Assembly: GCA_947483975.1 (NCBI GenBank)
Contig: CANKOL010000013.1
Span: forward strand, 1 to 33,543
Reading direction: 5' to 3'
DNA from: Sandaracinaceae bacterium
GTDB taxonomy: Bacteria > Myxococcota_A > Polyangia > Polyangiales > JADJQN01
DNA length: 33,543 nucleotides
Of the stretch, positions 12,398 to 20,664 are shown in pieces. The position numbers and the translations under genes were made by a program. Under the pieces are notes generated by a model. That model had not been told where the DNA came from and ran no database searches. It saw only the letters and a program-made list of their open reading frames with translations. The number at the start of each line of letters is the position of its first letter. The stretch's first letter is position 1.

Positions 12398-13036
12398 ATG
12401 GGACACGTCTACTGTTCGGGCCCGCTGTTCTGTCCCGAGGAACTCGCCGGCATGAGCGCCATCGCAGGCGTGCTCGAGCGCGCGGGCTACGGCACGTTCT
12501 TGCCGCAGCGCGATGGGCTCGAGCGCTATCTGCTGCCGTACGTGGACTCTGCCCTCAATACGCAGCGGTTCGGGCTGCGTCGGCGGATCGACCGGGCGGT
12601 CTTCGCGCTCGACGTCTTTCAGCTCGCGCACCGCTGCGAGGCGCTGGTGTGCAACCTGAATGGGCGCGTGCCCGACGAGGGCGCGGCGGTCGAGGCCGGC
12701 ATCGCGTTCGCGGTCGGGACGCCGGTCGTGCTCTACAAGAACGATCGGCGCTCGGTGTTTCACGGGGCTGACAACTCGATGCTGCTCGGGCTCTCGGCGC
12801 TCGCGCCGGTGACGTCCCTCGAGGCGCTCCCCGCCGCGCTCGCGCGGGTCTCGAGCCCCCGCGAGAAGAAGGCCGAGCGCCCGCTGCCGCCGTCCCTCGC
12901 CGCCGCCATCGACGAGGGCGCGAAGCTGTGGCGGCTCCTGTGCTTGCGAGGCGAGCGCCCTGCGGAGCCGCCCGACGACGCGCTCGCGCGCGAATTGCTC
13001 GCCGCGATCGAGGCTTCGGGGCCCGCGCAGGCTTGA
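12398..13036 (+). CDS. Nucleoside 2-deoxyribosyltransferase / N-glycosidase family protein
   Basis: GGAG RBS before ATG 12398; HVYCSGPLF, FLPQRDG, FALDV, LNGRVPDEGAAVEAGIAFAVGTPVVLY (D..G...E.G.A signature), DNSML. Confidence 0.85.
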   Translation: MGHVYCSGPLFCPEELAGMSAIAGVLERAGYGTFLPQRDGLERYLLPYVDSALNTQRFGLRRRIDRAVFALDVFQLAHRCEALVCNLNGRVPDEGAAVEAGIAFAVGTPVVLYKNDRRSVFHGADNSMLLGLSALAPVTSLEALPAALARVSSPREKKAERPLPPSLAAAIDEGAKLWRLLCLRGERPAEPPDDALARELLAAIEASGPAQA

Positions 13037-13188
13037 GCCGCGGGCGCAGCGCGCGGAGAGCGGTGGCGGCAAGGCGACCGTGGTTGACCTCGCCGCGCGG
13101 TTCGCGCAGCCTCGCCGGGTGCTTTGAGCGTTCTGGTCGCTTGCGGTCTTCGCGCGCGACCAAGACGTATGTGCACGGAGGCGCCCCG

Positions 13189-14118
13189 ATGAGCGACAGC
13201 AAGTACCGCCTGGTGACCCGCAGTGACTTCGATGGACTCGTCTGCGCGATGCTCCTCCGCGAGCTCGATCTCGTCGCCGACATCAAGTTCGTGCACCCGA
13301 AGGACATGCAGGACGGCAAGGTCGAGATCACCGACAACGACATCACGACCAACCTCCCGTACGTCGAAGGCGTGCACCTCGCCTTCGATCATCACCTCAG
13401 CGAGACGCTGCGCGTCGGCAAGCGTGAGAATCACATCATCGATCCGAAGGCGCCCTCGGCCGCGCGCGTCGTGTTCGACCACTACGGCGGCAAGGCGCGC
13501 TTTCCGCAGGTCAGCGACGAGATCATGGCCGCCGTGGACAAGGCGGACTCCGCGCAGTTCACCGAGGACGAGATCCTGCGGCCGACCGGCTGGGTGCTGA
13601 TGAACTACCTCATGGACGCGCGCACCGGACTCGGGCGCTTCCGCGAGTTCCGCGTCGCGAACTACGAGCTGATGATGCAGCTCATCGACTACTGTCGGAA
13701 TCACGGCATCGAGGAAGTGCTCGCGCTCCCCGACGTGAAGGAGCGAGTCGATCTCTACTTCGCTCACGCCGACAAGGCGCACGAGCAGCTTCGCCGCTGC
13801 TCGAAGGTCTATGGCAACCTCGTCGTGCTCGATCTGCGCGCCGAGGAGCAGATCTGGGCGACGAATCGCTTCGCGATCTACGCGCTCTACCCGAAGACGA
13901 ACATCTCGATCCACGTGATGTGGGGCAAGCAGAATCAGAACGTCGTCTTCGCCGTGGGCAAGTCGATCGTCAATCGCTCGTCGCGGACGCATGTGGGCAC
14001 GCTGATGCTCAACTACGGTGGCGGCGGGCACGACGCGGCGGGGACCTGTCAGGTGGACATTCCGCGCGCCGAAGCCGTGCTCGAGCAGCTGATCGAGAAG
14101 ATCACCACCGACCGCTGA
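13189..14118 (+). CDS. DHH/DHHA1-family phosphoesterase (nanoRNase/pAp phosphatase-like; often labelled exopolyphosphatase-like)
   Basis: GGAGG RBS before ATG 13189; RLVTRSDFDG, FVHPKDMQDG, FDHH, SAARVV, DKADSA, C-terminal GGGGHDAAG. Confidence 0.9.
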   Translation: MSDSKYRLVTRSDFDGLVCAMLLRELDLVADIKFVHPKDMQDGKVEITDNDITTNLPYVEGVHLAFDHHLSETLRVGKRENHIIDPKAPSAARVVFDHYGGKARFPQVSDEIMAAVDKADSAQFTEDEILRPTGWVLMNYLMDARTGLGRFREFRVANYELMMQLIDYCRNHGIEEVLALPDVKERVDLYFAHADKAHEQLRRCSKVYGNLVVLDLRAEEQIWATNRFAIYALYPKTNISIHVMWGKQNQNVVFAVGKSIVNRSSRTHVGTLMLNYGGGGHDAAGTCQVDIPRAEAVLEQLIEKITTDR

Positions 14119-14249
14119 ATCAGGGGCGCGCCCCGCAGCGGCGGAGGGCGCGCTTCTAACGCAGCGCGGCAATCAGGAGGCGATTGCACGGAATCGCGCA
14201 CTGAGGGTGTCATTCGTTGTACGCTCCCCCGCTCAGGAGGGAGCGAGGC

Positions 14250-15257
14250 ATGGCGAAGCCGCAGAAGCCCGCCGTTCAAAGGGCAGCCCCGAAGCAGCGG
14301 TCGAGCAAGGCTGTACGGGGTCCGGGAAAGACCGCAGCACCCAAGCGCAGCGAGTCGCGCCTCGTGGCGACGCGGCCGATCGCCGCGAAGAAGCCGGCCG
14401 CGGCGAAGGCGAAGGTTCCGCCGAAGGCCGCCGCGAAGAAGGCCGCGGTGAAGTCGTCGGCGGGGAAGAGACCGGCGGTGAAGACCGCGCCGGGGAAGAA
14501 CGCCGCCGCTGCGAAGCCCTCGGTGAAGGCGAAGGCTGTCGCCCGGAGGCCCCTCGCTCGCAGGCCGGCGGTGCCGGTGGTCAAGCCCCCGTCGGTGAAG
14601 CCGCCGTCGAGGCCGGCCGTCGAGGCGCCGCCGCCCGCTGCGCCCCTCCCGTCCTTCGAGGCGAAGAAGCCCCTCGAAGCGGCGAAGACCCCAAAACCGA
14701 AAAAGCCGCTGGAGGCGAAGAAGCCCCTCGAAGCGAAGACCCGAGCTGAGGCGACAACTCCGGAAGGGGCTACGGCGCCGCTCTCTGGCAAGACATCCGC
14801 CGAAGGGAAGAAGCCGGGCGTCGCCAAGGCCCACGCGGTCGCGAAGGTCGTCGCGCCCGTCAGGCCCGCCGCGCCCCGGTTGCCGCTCGGCGCAGCCGTC
14901 GAGGGCTACATCGGCGAGCTCGGCGACTGGCGAGGCGAGGCGGTCGACCGCATCTGCCAACTGCTCGCTGCGCACGCGCCGCGTGCGACCGGCGTCATCA
15001 AGTTCGGGCACCCCGTCTACGAGCAGCACGGGCCGCTCGCGTACGTCGTGGCGCACCCGCACATCGTGCACTTCGGCTTCTGGCGGGGCGCGCGGCTCGA
15101 GGACCCGGAGAAGCTCCTCGTCGGTGAGGGCGAGGTGATGCGTCACGCGAAGCTCTGGTCGGCTTCGGAGGTGCGTGAGGAGCGCTTCATCGCTTGGATT
15201 CGTGAGGCGGTCCGGCTCAACGACGAGCTTGGCGACCCCACGAAGCCGAGTGCGTAG
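14250..15257 (+). CDS. Histone-H1-like Lys/Ala/Pro-rich region fused to a DUF1801 (YdhG-like) domain
   Basis: AGGAGG before ATG 14250; about 200 aa of AAKK/PAA/KP low-complexity sequence; C-terminal VEGYI, IKFGHPVY, HIVHFGFWRGARLEDPEKLLVGEGEVMRHAKL, WIREAV. Confidence 0.82.
   Translation: MAKPQKPAVQRAAPKQRSSKAVRGPGKTAAPKRSESRLVATRPIAAKKPAAAKAKVPPKAAAKKAAVKSSAGKRPAVKTAPGKNAAAAKPSVKAKAVARRPLARRPAVPVVKPPSVKPPSRPAVEAPPPAAPLPSFEAKKPLEAAKTPKPKKPLEAKKPLEAKTRAEATTPEGATAPLSGKTSAEGKKPGVAKAHAVAKVVAPVRPAAPRLPLGAAVEGYIGELGDWRGEAVDRICQLLAAHAPRATGVIKFGHPVYEQHGPLAYVVAHPHIVHFGFWRGARLEDPEKLLVGEGEVMRHAKLWSASEVREERFIAWIREAVRLNDELGDPTKPSA
14658..14735 (+). repeat. Perfect 24-bp direct repeat encoding EAKKPLEA
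   Basis: GAGGCGAAGAAGCCCCTCGAAGCG at 14658-14681 and 14712-14735, with a degenerate KKPLE copy between them. Confidence 0.9.
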
Positions 15258-15286
15258 GCGCTGATTCGGGGCACGCTACGGCCGCC

Positions 15287-16435
15287 GTGACCGCACCTGA
15301 CGACGAGCGCCCGAGCGCGCCGGGGAAGAAGCCGCGTAAGCTCCGCGTACGAAGGTCCGGAGAGCAAGCGGCAGTGGACCCCGATCTCGCGACGACGCAG
15401 CGCTTCGAGAAGGGCGCGGCGCCAGCCCTCGACGCAGCGCTCTCGGAGGTCCTCGGCGCGGCGGCCTCTGGCGAAGGACGGCGCTCGTCGGTGCCGGGCG
15501 AGCGCGCCTCGCGTCCGGGGGATGGGCGGCGCTCGTCGGTCCCGGGGGAGCGTCCCTCGCGTCCCGGCTCGCAGCAGCGCCTGGGGAGTATCGTCGCCGA
15601 CCGCTGGAAGCTCGTGCGTTTGGTCGGGCACGGCGCGGCGGGGGCGGTGTTCGAGGGGGTCGAGCGAGAGACCGGCGCGCGCGTCGCGGTCAAGGTCCTG
15701 CACGACCGGCACGCACGCTCGAAGGATCACGTCTCGCGGCTGATGCGCGAGGCCCGCGCCGTCCGTTCGATCAGTCACCCGGGCGTCGTCACCGTGGTCG
15801 ACGCGGGGCGCGACGCGCTGGGGCACGCCTACATCGCGTTCGAGCTGCTCGACGGCGAGGACCTCTTCGCGGCGATGGAGCGCGGCGTGCTCACCACCGC
15901 ACAGACCGTCGAGGTCGGTCGGCAGCTACTGCAGGTGCTCGGGGCGGCGCACCAGAAGCACGTGCTGCACCGCGACGTGAAGCCCGAGAACATCTTCCTC
16001 GTGGCGACGTCGGACGGCAGCATTCGCTTGAAATTGCTGGACTTCGGCATCGCGAAGCTCACGGAGGGCAAGGGCAGCGTCGACACCCTCGACGGCGTCA
16101 CGCTCGGCACTCCGTACTACATGAGCCCGGAGCAGTGTCGCGGGGAGAAGCTCTCGCCGCAGGCCGATGTGTGGTCGGTCGGCGCTGTGCTCTTTCACGT
16201 CTTCGCGGGGCGTCCGCCCTTCGAGGAGGAGCGCCTCGGGCGGCTCCTCGAGCGCATCGTCACCGAGCGCCCGCTCTCGCTCGGCGACCTTCGCCCGGAT
16301 CTCCCGCCGCGCTTGGTGTCCGCGATCGACCGCGCCCTCGAGCCCTCCCTCGGCGACCGCTGGCCGACCGCGCCCACGATGGCCGCCGCGCTCGCGACGT
16401 ACTTGCTGCCGCTGCCGTCGCTCGACATCGAGTGA
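15287..16435 (+). CDS. Soluble Hanks-type Ser/Thr protein kinase
   Basis: LVGHGAAGAVF, VAVKVL, REARA, LHRDVKPEN, LLDFGIAK, GTPYYMSPEQ, DVWSVG; no TM segment; GTG start uncertain. Confidence 0.93.
   Translation: MTAPDDERPSAPGKKPRKLRVRRSGEQAAVDPDLATTQRFEKGAAPALDAALSEVLGAAASGEGRRSSVPGERASRPGDGRRSSVPGERPSRPGSQQRLGSIVADRWKLVRLVGHGAAGAVFEGVERETGARVAVKVLHDRHARSKDHVSRLMREARAVRSISHPGVVTVVDAGRDALGHAYIAFELLDGEDLFAAMERGVLTTAQTVEVGRQLLQVLGAAHQKHVLHRDVKPENIFLVATSDGSIRLKLLDFGIAKLTEGKGSVDTLDGVTLGTPYYMSPEQCRGEKLSPQADVWSVGAVLFHVFAGRPPFEEERLGRLLERIVTERPLSLGDLRPDLPPRLVSAIDRALEPSLGDRWPTAPTMAAALATYLLPLPSLDIE
15470..15565 (+). repeat. Tandem 48-bp duplication encoding G(E/D)GRRSSVPGER(A/P)SRP twice
   Basis: Units 15470-15517 and 15518-15565, read directly from the sequence. 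Confidence 0.88.
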
Positions 16436-16491
16436 GCGCGCGCGGCGTGTGGTCGGCGCGCGACGCTCAGGCGGGCCCGTGCGCGTCACGC

Positions 16492-16521
16492 TTGCGACGC
16501 GCGGCGCGGGCCCCGTAAGCT
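16492..16521 (+). promoter_or_regulatory. Candidate sigma70-type promoter for the TolB-like lipoprotein gene
   Basis: TTGCGA (16492-16497), 18 bp, TAAGCT (16516-16521); GGAGG at 16546-16550 precedes GTG 16556. It overlaps a GC inverted repeat (~16473-16513). Confidence 0.35.
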
Positions 16522-16555
16522 GACGCACAGGTTCTTTGTCTCTCCGGAGGTCGTC

Positions 16556-18424
16556 GTGCGCTTCACCTCGTCATGCTCGCTCGCGCTGGTGGTCCTCTCG
16601 CTCGTCGCTTGCACCAAGAACGGCGCCCGCCCGCCGGGGACCCGCGACGCTGGCCCGACCGAGGACCTGGCGACCGTCGGGGATATCCGCATCGAGCCAG
16701 CCGATCAGGTCGCGCTGCTCACCGCCGGCACGCCCACGGTGATCGACTACCGCGCGTATCTGCGGCAGTCGGACGGCCGCGAGCGCGAGATCACGTCGGA
16801 GGTGCTCTGGCAGTCCTCCGTGACGACGCTCGGCACCTTCACGGGCTCGCAGTTCACCTCGGCGGCCGACCTCGGCGGGCGCACGAACATCTTCGCGCGC
16901 TACGGCTCTCAGACCGGCACGACCACGCTGACGCTGCGCCTCGAGCGCGTGATCGTCGTCGCCGGCACGCCGCCCGACGCGGCGACGCGCTTCGGCGGGG
17001 CGGCCGACCCGTCGCTCGCGCCGGAGATCGTCTATCCCGACGACGGCACCGTCGTACCGCCGAATTTGCAGGTGCTCGAGGTGCACTTCCGCGCGCCCGG
17101 GGCGGACCTCTTCGAGCTCGCCTTCACGGCGACTGCCCTCGATCTCCGGGTCTATTTCACCTGCCCCGAGGTCGTCAGCGGCGGCTGCATCTACACGCCC
17201 GACGCGGCGGTCTGGGACGCCATCGCGACGGCAGCGCGCGGCACCGGCCCGACGACCTACACGCTCCGCGCGACGAACGGCGGCGGCGGGGTCGGCGCGA
17301 GCGCGCCGCGCGAGATCACGTTCACCGAAGAGAACATCACCGGCGGGCTCTACTACTGGAACGCCGGCGGCGGCTCGATCATGCGCTACGACTTCGGCAT
17401 TCGCGGCGCGCGGCCGGAGACCTTCCTCAACAGCGCGAGCACGGGCAGCGGCGTCTGTGTCGGCTGTCACTCGCTCGCGCGCAACGGCACGCGTATCTCC
17501 GTCGGACTCGGCCTCATCCCGACGACGACCTTTCAGGTCTACGACATCGCGACGCGCGCGCGGGTCTTCTCGCTGACGGGCGGCGGCTTCTTCCCCGCGG
17601 AGCCGTGCTTCTCGTCGTTCTCGCCGGACGCGTCACAGCTCGCGACGAGCGCCGCGACGGGCATCGACATCCGCGACACTGCGACTGGCGCGATCCTCAC
17701 TCCGATGATCGGCGGCGCAGGCGCGACGCACCCCGACTGGTCGCCGCTCGGCGACCGCATCGTCGTCACCAAGAGCGCGGAGCCCGTGCCGGGCGGCCTG
17801 ATCTTCGATCCGATGGGCGTCGCGAGCGGCAGCCTCAGCGAGCTCGTGCGCGACTCTTCTGGCGTGTGGACCGAGCAGCCGCTGCTCGCGCGCACGGGCA
17901 CCGAGAACAACTTCTATCCTGCGTATTCGCCCGACGCGCAGTGGGTCGTCTTCAACCGCTCTCCGTCGAACACCAACTCCGCTGGTGGCGACCCCGACGC
18001 AGGCATCGCGGGCGTCCCCGACGCGGAGATTTGGATCGTCGCGACCAACCGCTCCGGGCTCACGATGCGCCTCGCCGCCGCGGGCGGCTATGGCGATACC
18101 TGGGTGAAGTGGGACCCGACGTCCTACCTCGATCAGGGGCGCACGCTCTTCTGGCTGACCTGGTCGAGCCGCCGCGCGTACGGGCTCCGCTACGCGCAGG
18201 ACGCGAAGGTGCAGCTCTGGATGACGGCGTTCGATCCGGCGGCTGCGCTCACCGGCGCGGACCCGTCGTCGCCCGCGTTCCGCCTGCCGTTCCAGGACAT
18301 CGCGAGCGGCAATCACGTCGGGCAGTGGGTCACGAGCGTCGAGCGCTTGCCCTGCGTGGACAACTCGGTCTGCGGACCGGGCGAGTTCTGCAGCGGCGGC
18401 GTCTGCACGCCCGACTTCATCTGA
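16556..18424 (+). CDS. TolB-like beta-propeller lipoprotein with an N-terminal Ig-like region, a CxxCH motif and a C-terminal Cys-rich module
   Basis: Lipobox LVA-C; PEIVYPDDGTVVPPN, GGLYYW, CVGCHSLARNG; PD40-like motifs SFSPD, HPDWSPLGDRIV, YPAYSPDAQWVVF; C-terminal CVDNSVCGPGEFCSGGVC. Confidence 0.85.
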   Translation: MRFTSSCSLALVVLSLVACTKNGARPPGTRDAGPTEDLATVGDIRIEPADQVALLTAGTPTVIDYRAYLRQSDGREREITSEVLWQSSVTTLGTFTGSQFTSAADLGGRTNIFARYGSQTGTTTLTLRLERVIVVAGTPPDAATRFGGAADPSLAPEIVYPDDGTVVPPNLQVLEVHFRAPGADLFELAFTATALDLRVYFTCPEVVSGGCIYTPDAAVWDAIATAARGTGPTTYTLRATNGGGGVGASAPREITFTEENITGGLYYWNAGGGSIMRYDFGIRGARPETFLNSASTGSGVCVGCHSLARNGTRISVGLGLIPTTTFQVYDIATRARVFSLTGGGFFPAEPCFSSFSPDASQLATSAATGIDIRDTATGAILTPMIGGAGATHPDWSPLGDRIVVTKSAEPVPGGLIFDPMGVASGSLSELVRDSSGVWTEQPLLARTGTENNFYPAYSPDAQWVVFNRSPSNTNSAGGDPDAGIAGVPDAEIWIVATNRSGLTMRLAAAGGYGDTWVKWDPTSYLDQGRTLFWLTWSSRRAYGLRYAQDAKVQLWMTAFDPAAALTGADPSSPAFRLPFQDIASGNHVGQWVTSVERLPCVDNSVCGPGEFCSGGVCTPDFI

Positions 18425-18442
18425 GCACCGGCCGGCAGCGCC

Positions 18443-19195
18443 TCAGGCGACGCCGAGCAGGTCGAGGATGGCGTTCACGAACGTGAGCGGGTGCGGGGGG
18501 CACCCGGGCACGAACAGCGCAGGTCCGACGCTCTCGAGGAACGCGCGGTCCACGCTCGCCGCGTCTTCGTAGAGCCCGCCGGAGATCGCGCACGCCCCGA
18601 CCGCGACGACGAAGCGCGGCTCGGGCATCGCGTCCCAGGCGTGCTGTAGCGCCTCTCTCATGTGCAGCGTCAGCGGCCCCGTGAGGACGAGCGCGTCCGC
18701 GTGTCGCGGGGACGCGACCCACTCGATGCCGTAGCGCTGCACGTCGAAGTTGACGTTGACCGCCGCGTTCAGCTCGAGCTCGCAGGCGTTGCAGCCGCCC
18801 GCCGAGACCTGCCGCATCTTCAGGGAGCGCCCGAAGAGCTTGGAGAACGCCGCAGACGCCTTCACGCGCAGCGCCTCTGTCGCGCCCTCGCGCACGATCA
18901 AGTCCTCGAGCCGACTGGCGCCCATCTTCGGCTCCGCCGTGAAGCGCAGCTTGTCCTCTGGGCAAACCTCGACGCACGCCTGACAGAACACGCAGCGCCC
19001 GAGATCGAGCGCGACGGGACTCAGGCTGAGCGCGCTCGTCGGACACGCGTCCTTGCACGCGCTGCAGCCAGCCTCACAAGGCTTCGCCTCGATCTCCGGC
19101 AGCCCGCGATAGCCGACGGGCAGCGCCTTGCGGAGATCGGGGATGTACTGCCGCCCTTGAGACAGCCGCACTCGGACTGACTTGAAGACGGTCAT
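18443..19195 (-). CDS. Ehr/Hyf small subunit (NuoB/HyfI-like) with a fused N-terminal 2x[4Fe-4S] ferredoxin (NuoI/HyfH-like)
   Basis: ATG 19195 (ATGA overlap); CEAGCSACKDACP, CVFCQACVEVCP; SAGGCNACELE, SPRHADAL, GACAISGG, PGCPPHP. Confidence 0.92.
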   Translation of the reverse strand: MTVFKSVRVRLSQGRQYIPDLRKALPVGYRGLPEIEAKPCEAGCSACKDACPTSALSLSPVALDLGRCVFCQACVEVCPEDKLRFTAEPKMGASRLEDLIVREGATEALRVKASAAFSKLFGRSLKMRQVSAGGCNACELELNAAVNVNFDVQRYGIEWVASPRHADALVLTGPLTLHMREALQHAWDAMPEPRFVVAVGACAISGGLYEDAASVDRAFLESVGPALFVPGCPPHPLTFVNAILDLLGVA

Positions 19196-20664
19196 AGGTC
19201 GTTCCCGCAGTAGGAGAGATCGAAGCTCTTGTTGCAGATGGGGAAGTCGGAGATCTCGTTTCCGCGCACGGCGAGCGCGAGCCCGAGCCAGCAGCGCAGC
19301 GACGGATCTTGCACCTTGTAGTGCGCGAGCTTGCCCTCGGCGTCCGTCTCGAGGCAGTGCACCACCTCGCCGCGCCAGCCCTCCACCAGCGTCAGCGCGA
19401 GCTGTCTTGGCGCGAGCGCGCCGAGCGTCCTGCGCGGCTGCTCCCAACCCCCATGCAGCGCGAGAATCCCTTGCAGCCACCCGAGCGACGCGTCCAACTC
19501 CGCGATGCGGATTCGCGCGCGCGCCCAGCAATCCCCCTCCTCGAACAGGTGCGGAGCGATCGGCAGCGCCGCATAGGCGCCATGCGGGTGCGCCTGCCGC
19601 GCGTCGATGGACACGCCCGATGCGCGCGCCGCCATTCCGACGAGCCCGATCTCGAGCGCCTGCGCCCTCGTCAGCACGCCCGCGCCCCGCAGTCGGTGCT
19701 GCACCGTCTCGGACTCGAGGAAGCAATCGTGGATGATCGGCAGATCCGCGCGGAGCAGCGCGAGGTTCGCGAGCACGTCGCGCAGCAGGTCGGCTGTGAG
19801 CTGCATTCCGACGCCGCCCGGGCGCAGCGCCCCCCGCCCGAAGCGACTGCCGCAGAGGCGCATCGTCGTGTTGATCGCCGTCGTCCGCAGCCGTCCGTAG
19901 GTCGTCGCGCCCTGCAAGAAGCCGACGTCGGCGGCGAGCCCCGAGAGCCCCGCGAGGTGCATCGCGACGCGCTCGAGCTCGAGCACGACGGCGCGCGCGA
20001 CCTCCGACTCGAGCCCTAGCTCGCACTCGGCGAGGCTCTCGACGGCGGCGCAGTAGGCCCAGGCGTGCGCGATGCTCGTGTCGCCCGCGATGGTTTCGAC
20101 CAGCGGCGTCAGCTGCGTCGCGCTGCCCTTCAAGAGCAGCGCCTCGACGCCCCGGTGCTGGTAGCCGAGGTGAATCTCGAGGTGATGCACCTGCTCGCCG
20201 TGGCACATGAAGCGAAACGCGCCCGGCTCGATCACGCCCGCATGAATCGGCCCGACGGCGACCTCGTGCACCTCTTTGCCAGTGATCTTGTAGAAGGGAT
20301 ACGAGTCCATCGCGGACTGCGCTTTGCCCTCGTAGCGGATCGGCTTCAGCCACGGATGAGCCGCGATTCGCACCCCGGTCTGCTCGTGCAACTCCCGCTC
20401 GAAGCAGTGCAGCGCGGGCCACTCGGAGGTGAGCTCGTGATAGCCGAACTGAGCCGAGGTGTTGGTCCGGGTGACGGCGAGCGTGCCATTCGGCTCACGG
20501 AACACCGAGGTGATCAGCACCTGCTCGTCGTGCCGCTTGCCGAAGAGCGTGACGAGGCGCGCGCCGCCGCGATGCCGGCGCAGGACGTCGTCGCGCCACG
20601 CCTTCGTCTCGAGGAGCGGAATGGCCTCGACCGCGACTCGATGGGTGACGACGGACGCGCTCAT
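19192..20664 (-). CDS. Ehr large subunit (HycE/HyfG/NuoCD-like) without NiFe-binding cysteines
   Basis: ATG 20664 (ATGA overlap); NuoC-like FERELHEQ...HPWLKPIR, VGPIHAGVIEPGAFRF, LGYQHRGVE, LELERVAMHL, VEGWRGE, DPS. L1 reads ETIAGDTSIAH and L2 reads SFDLSYCGNDL. Confidence 0.92.
   Translation of the reverse strand: MSASVVTHRVAVEAIPLLETKAWRDDVLRRHRGGARLVTLFGKRHDEQVLITSVFREPNGTLAVTRTNTSAQFGYHELTSEWPALHCFERELHEQTGVRIAAHPWLKPIRYEGKAQSAMDSYPFYKITGKEVHEVAVGPIHAGVIEPGAFRFMCHGEQVHHLEIHLGYQHRGVEALLLKGSATQLTPLVETIAGDTSIAHAWAYCAAVESLAECELGLESEVARAVVLELERVAMHLAGLSGLAADVGFLQGATTYGRLRTTAINTTMRLCGSRFGRGALRPGGVGMQLTADLLRDVLANLALLRADLPIIHDCFLESETVQHRLRGAGVLTRAQALEIGLVGMAARASGVSIDARQAHPHGAYAALPIAPHLFEEGDCWARARIRIAELDASLGWLQGILALHGGWEQPRRTLGALAPRQLALTLVEGWRGEVVHCLETDAEGKLAHYKVQDPSLRCWLGLALAVRGNEISDFPICNKSFDLSYCGNDL

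Noticed and set aside
12398..13036. TIR/NDT-type anti-phage effector
   Set aside because: No neighbouring defence genes (cyclase, NTPase, nuclease) or mobile-element context; a metabolic role is more parsimonious.
16556..18424. Genuine tolB
   Set aside because: It is a lipoprotein with a different N-terminal region and no adjacent tolQRA or pal; only the propeller repeats are shared.
19192..20664. Active [NiFe] hydrogenase-4 / formate hydrogenlyase
   Set aside because: Both CxxC Ni-binding motifs are absent, and no fdh or hyp genes are in the window.
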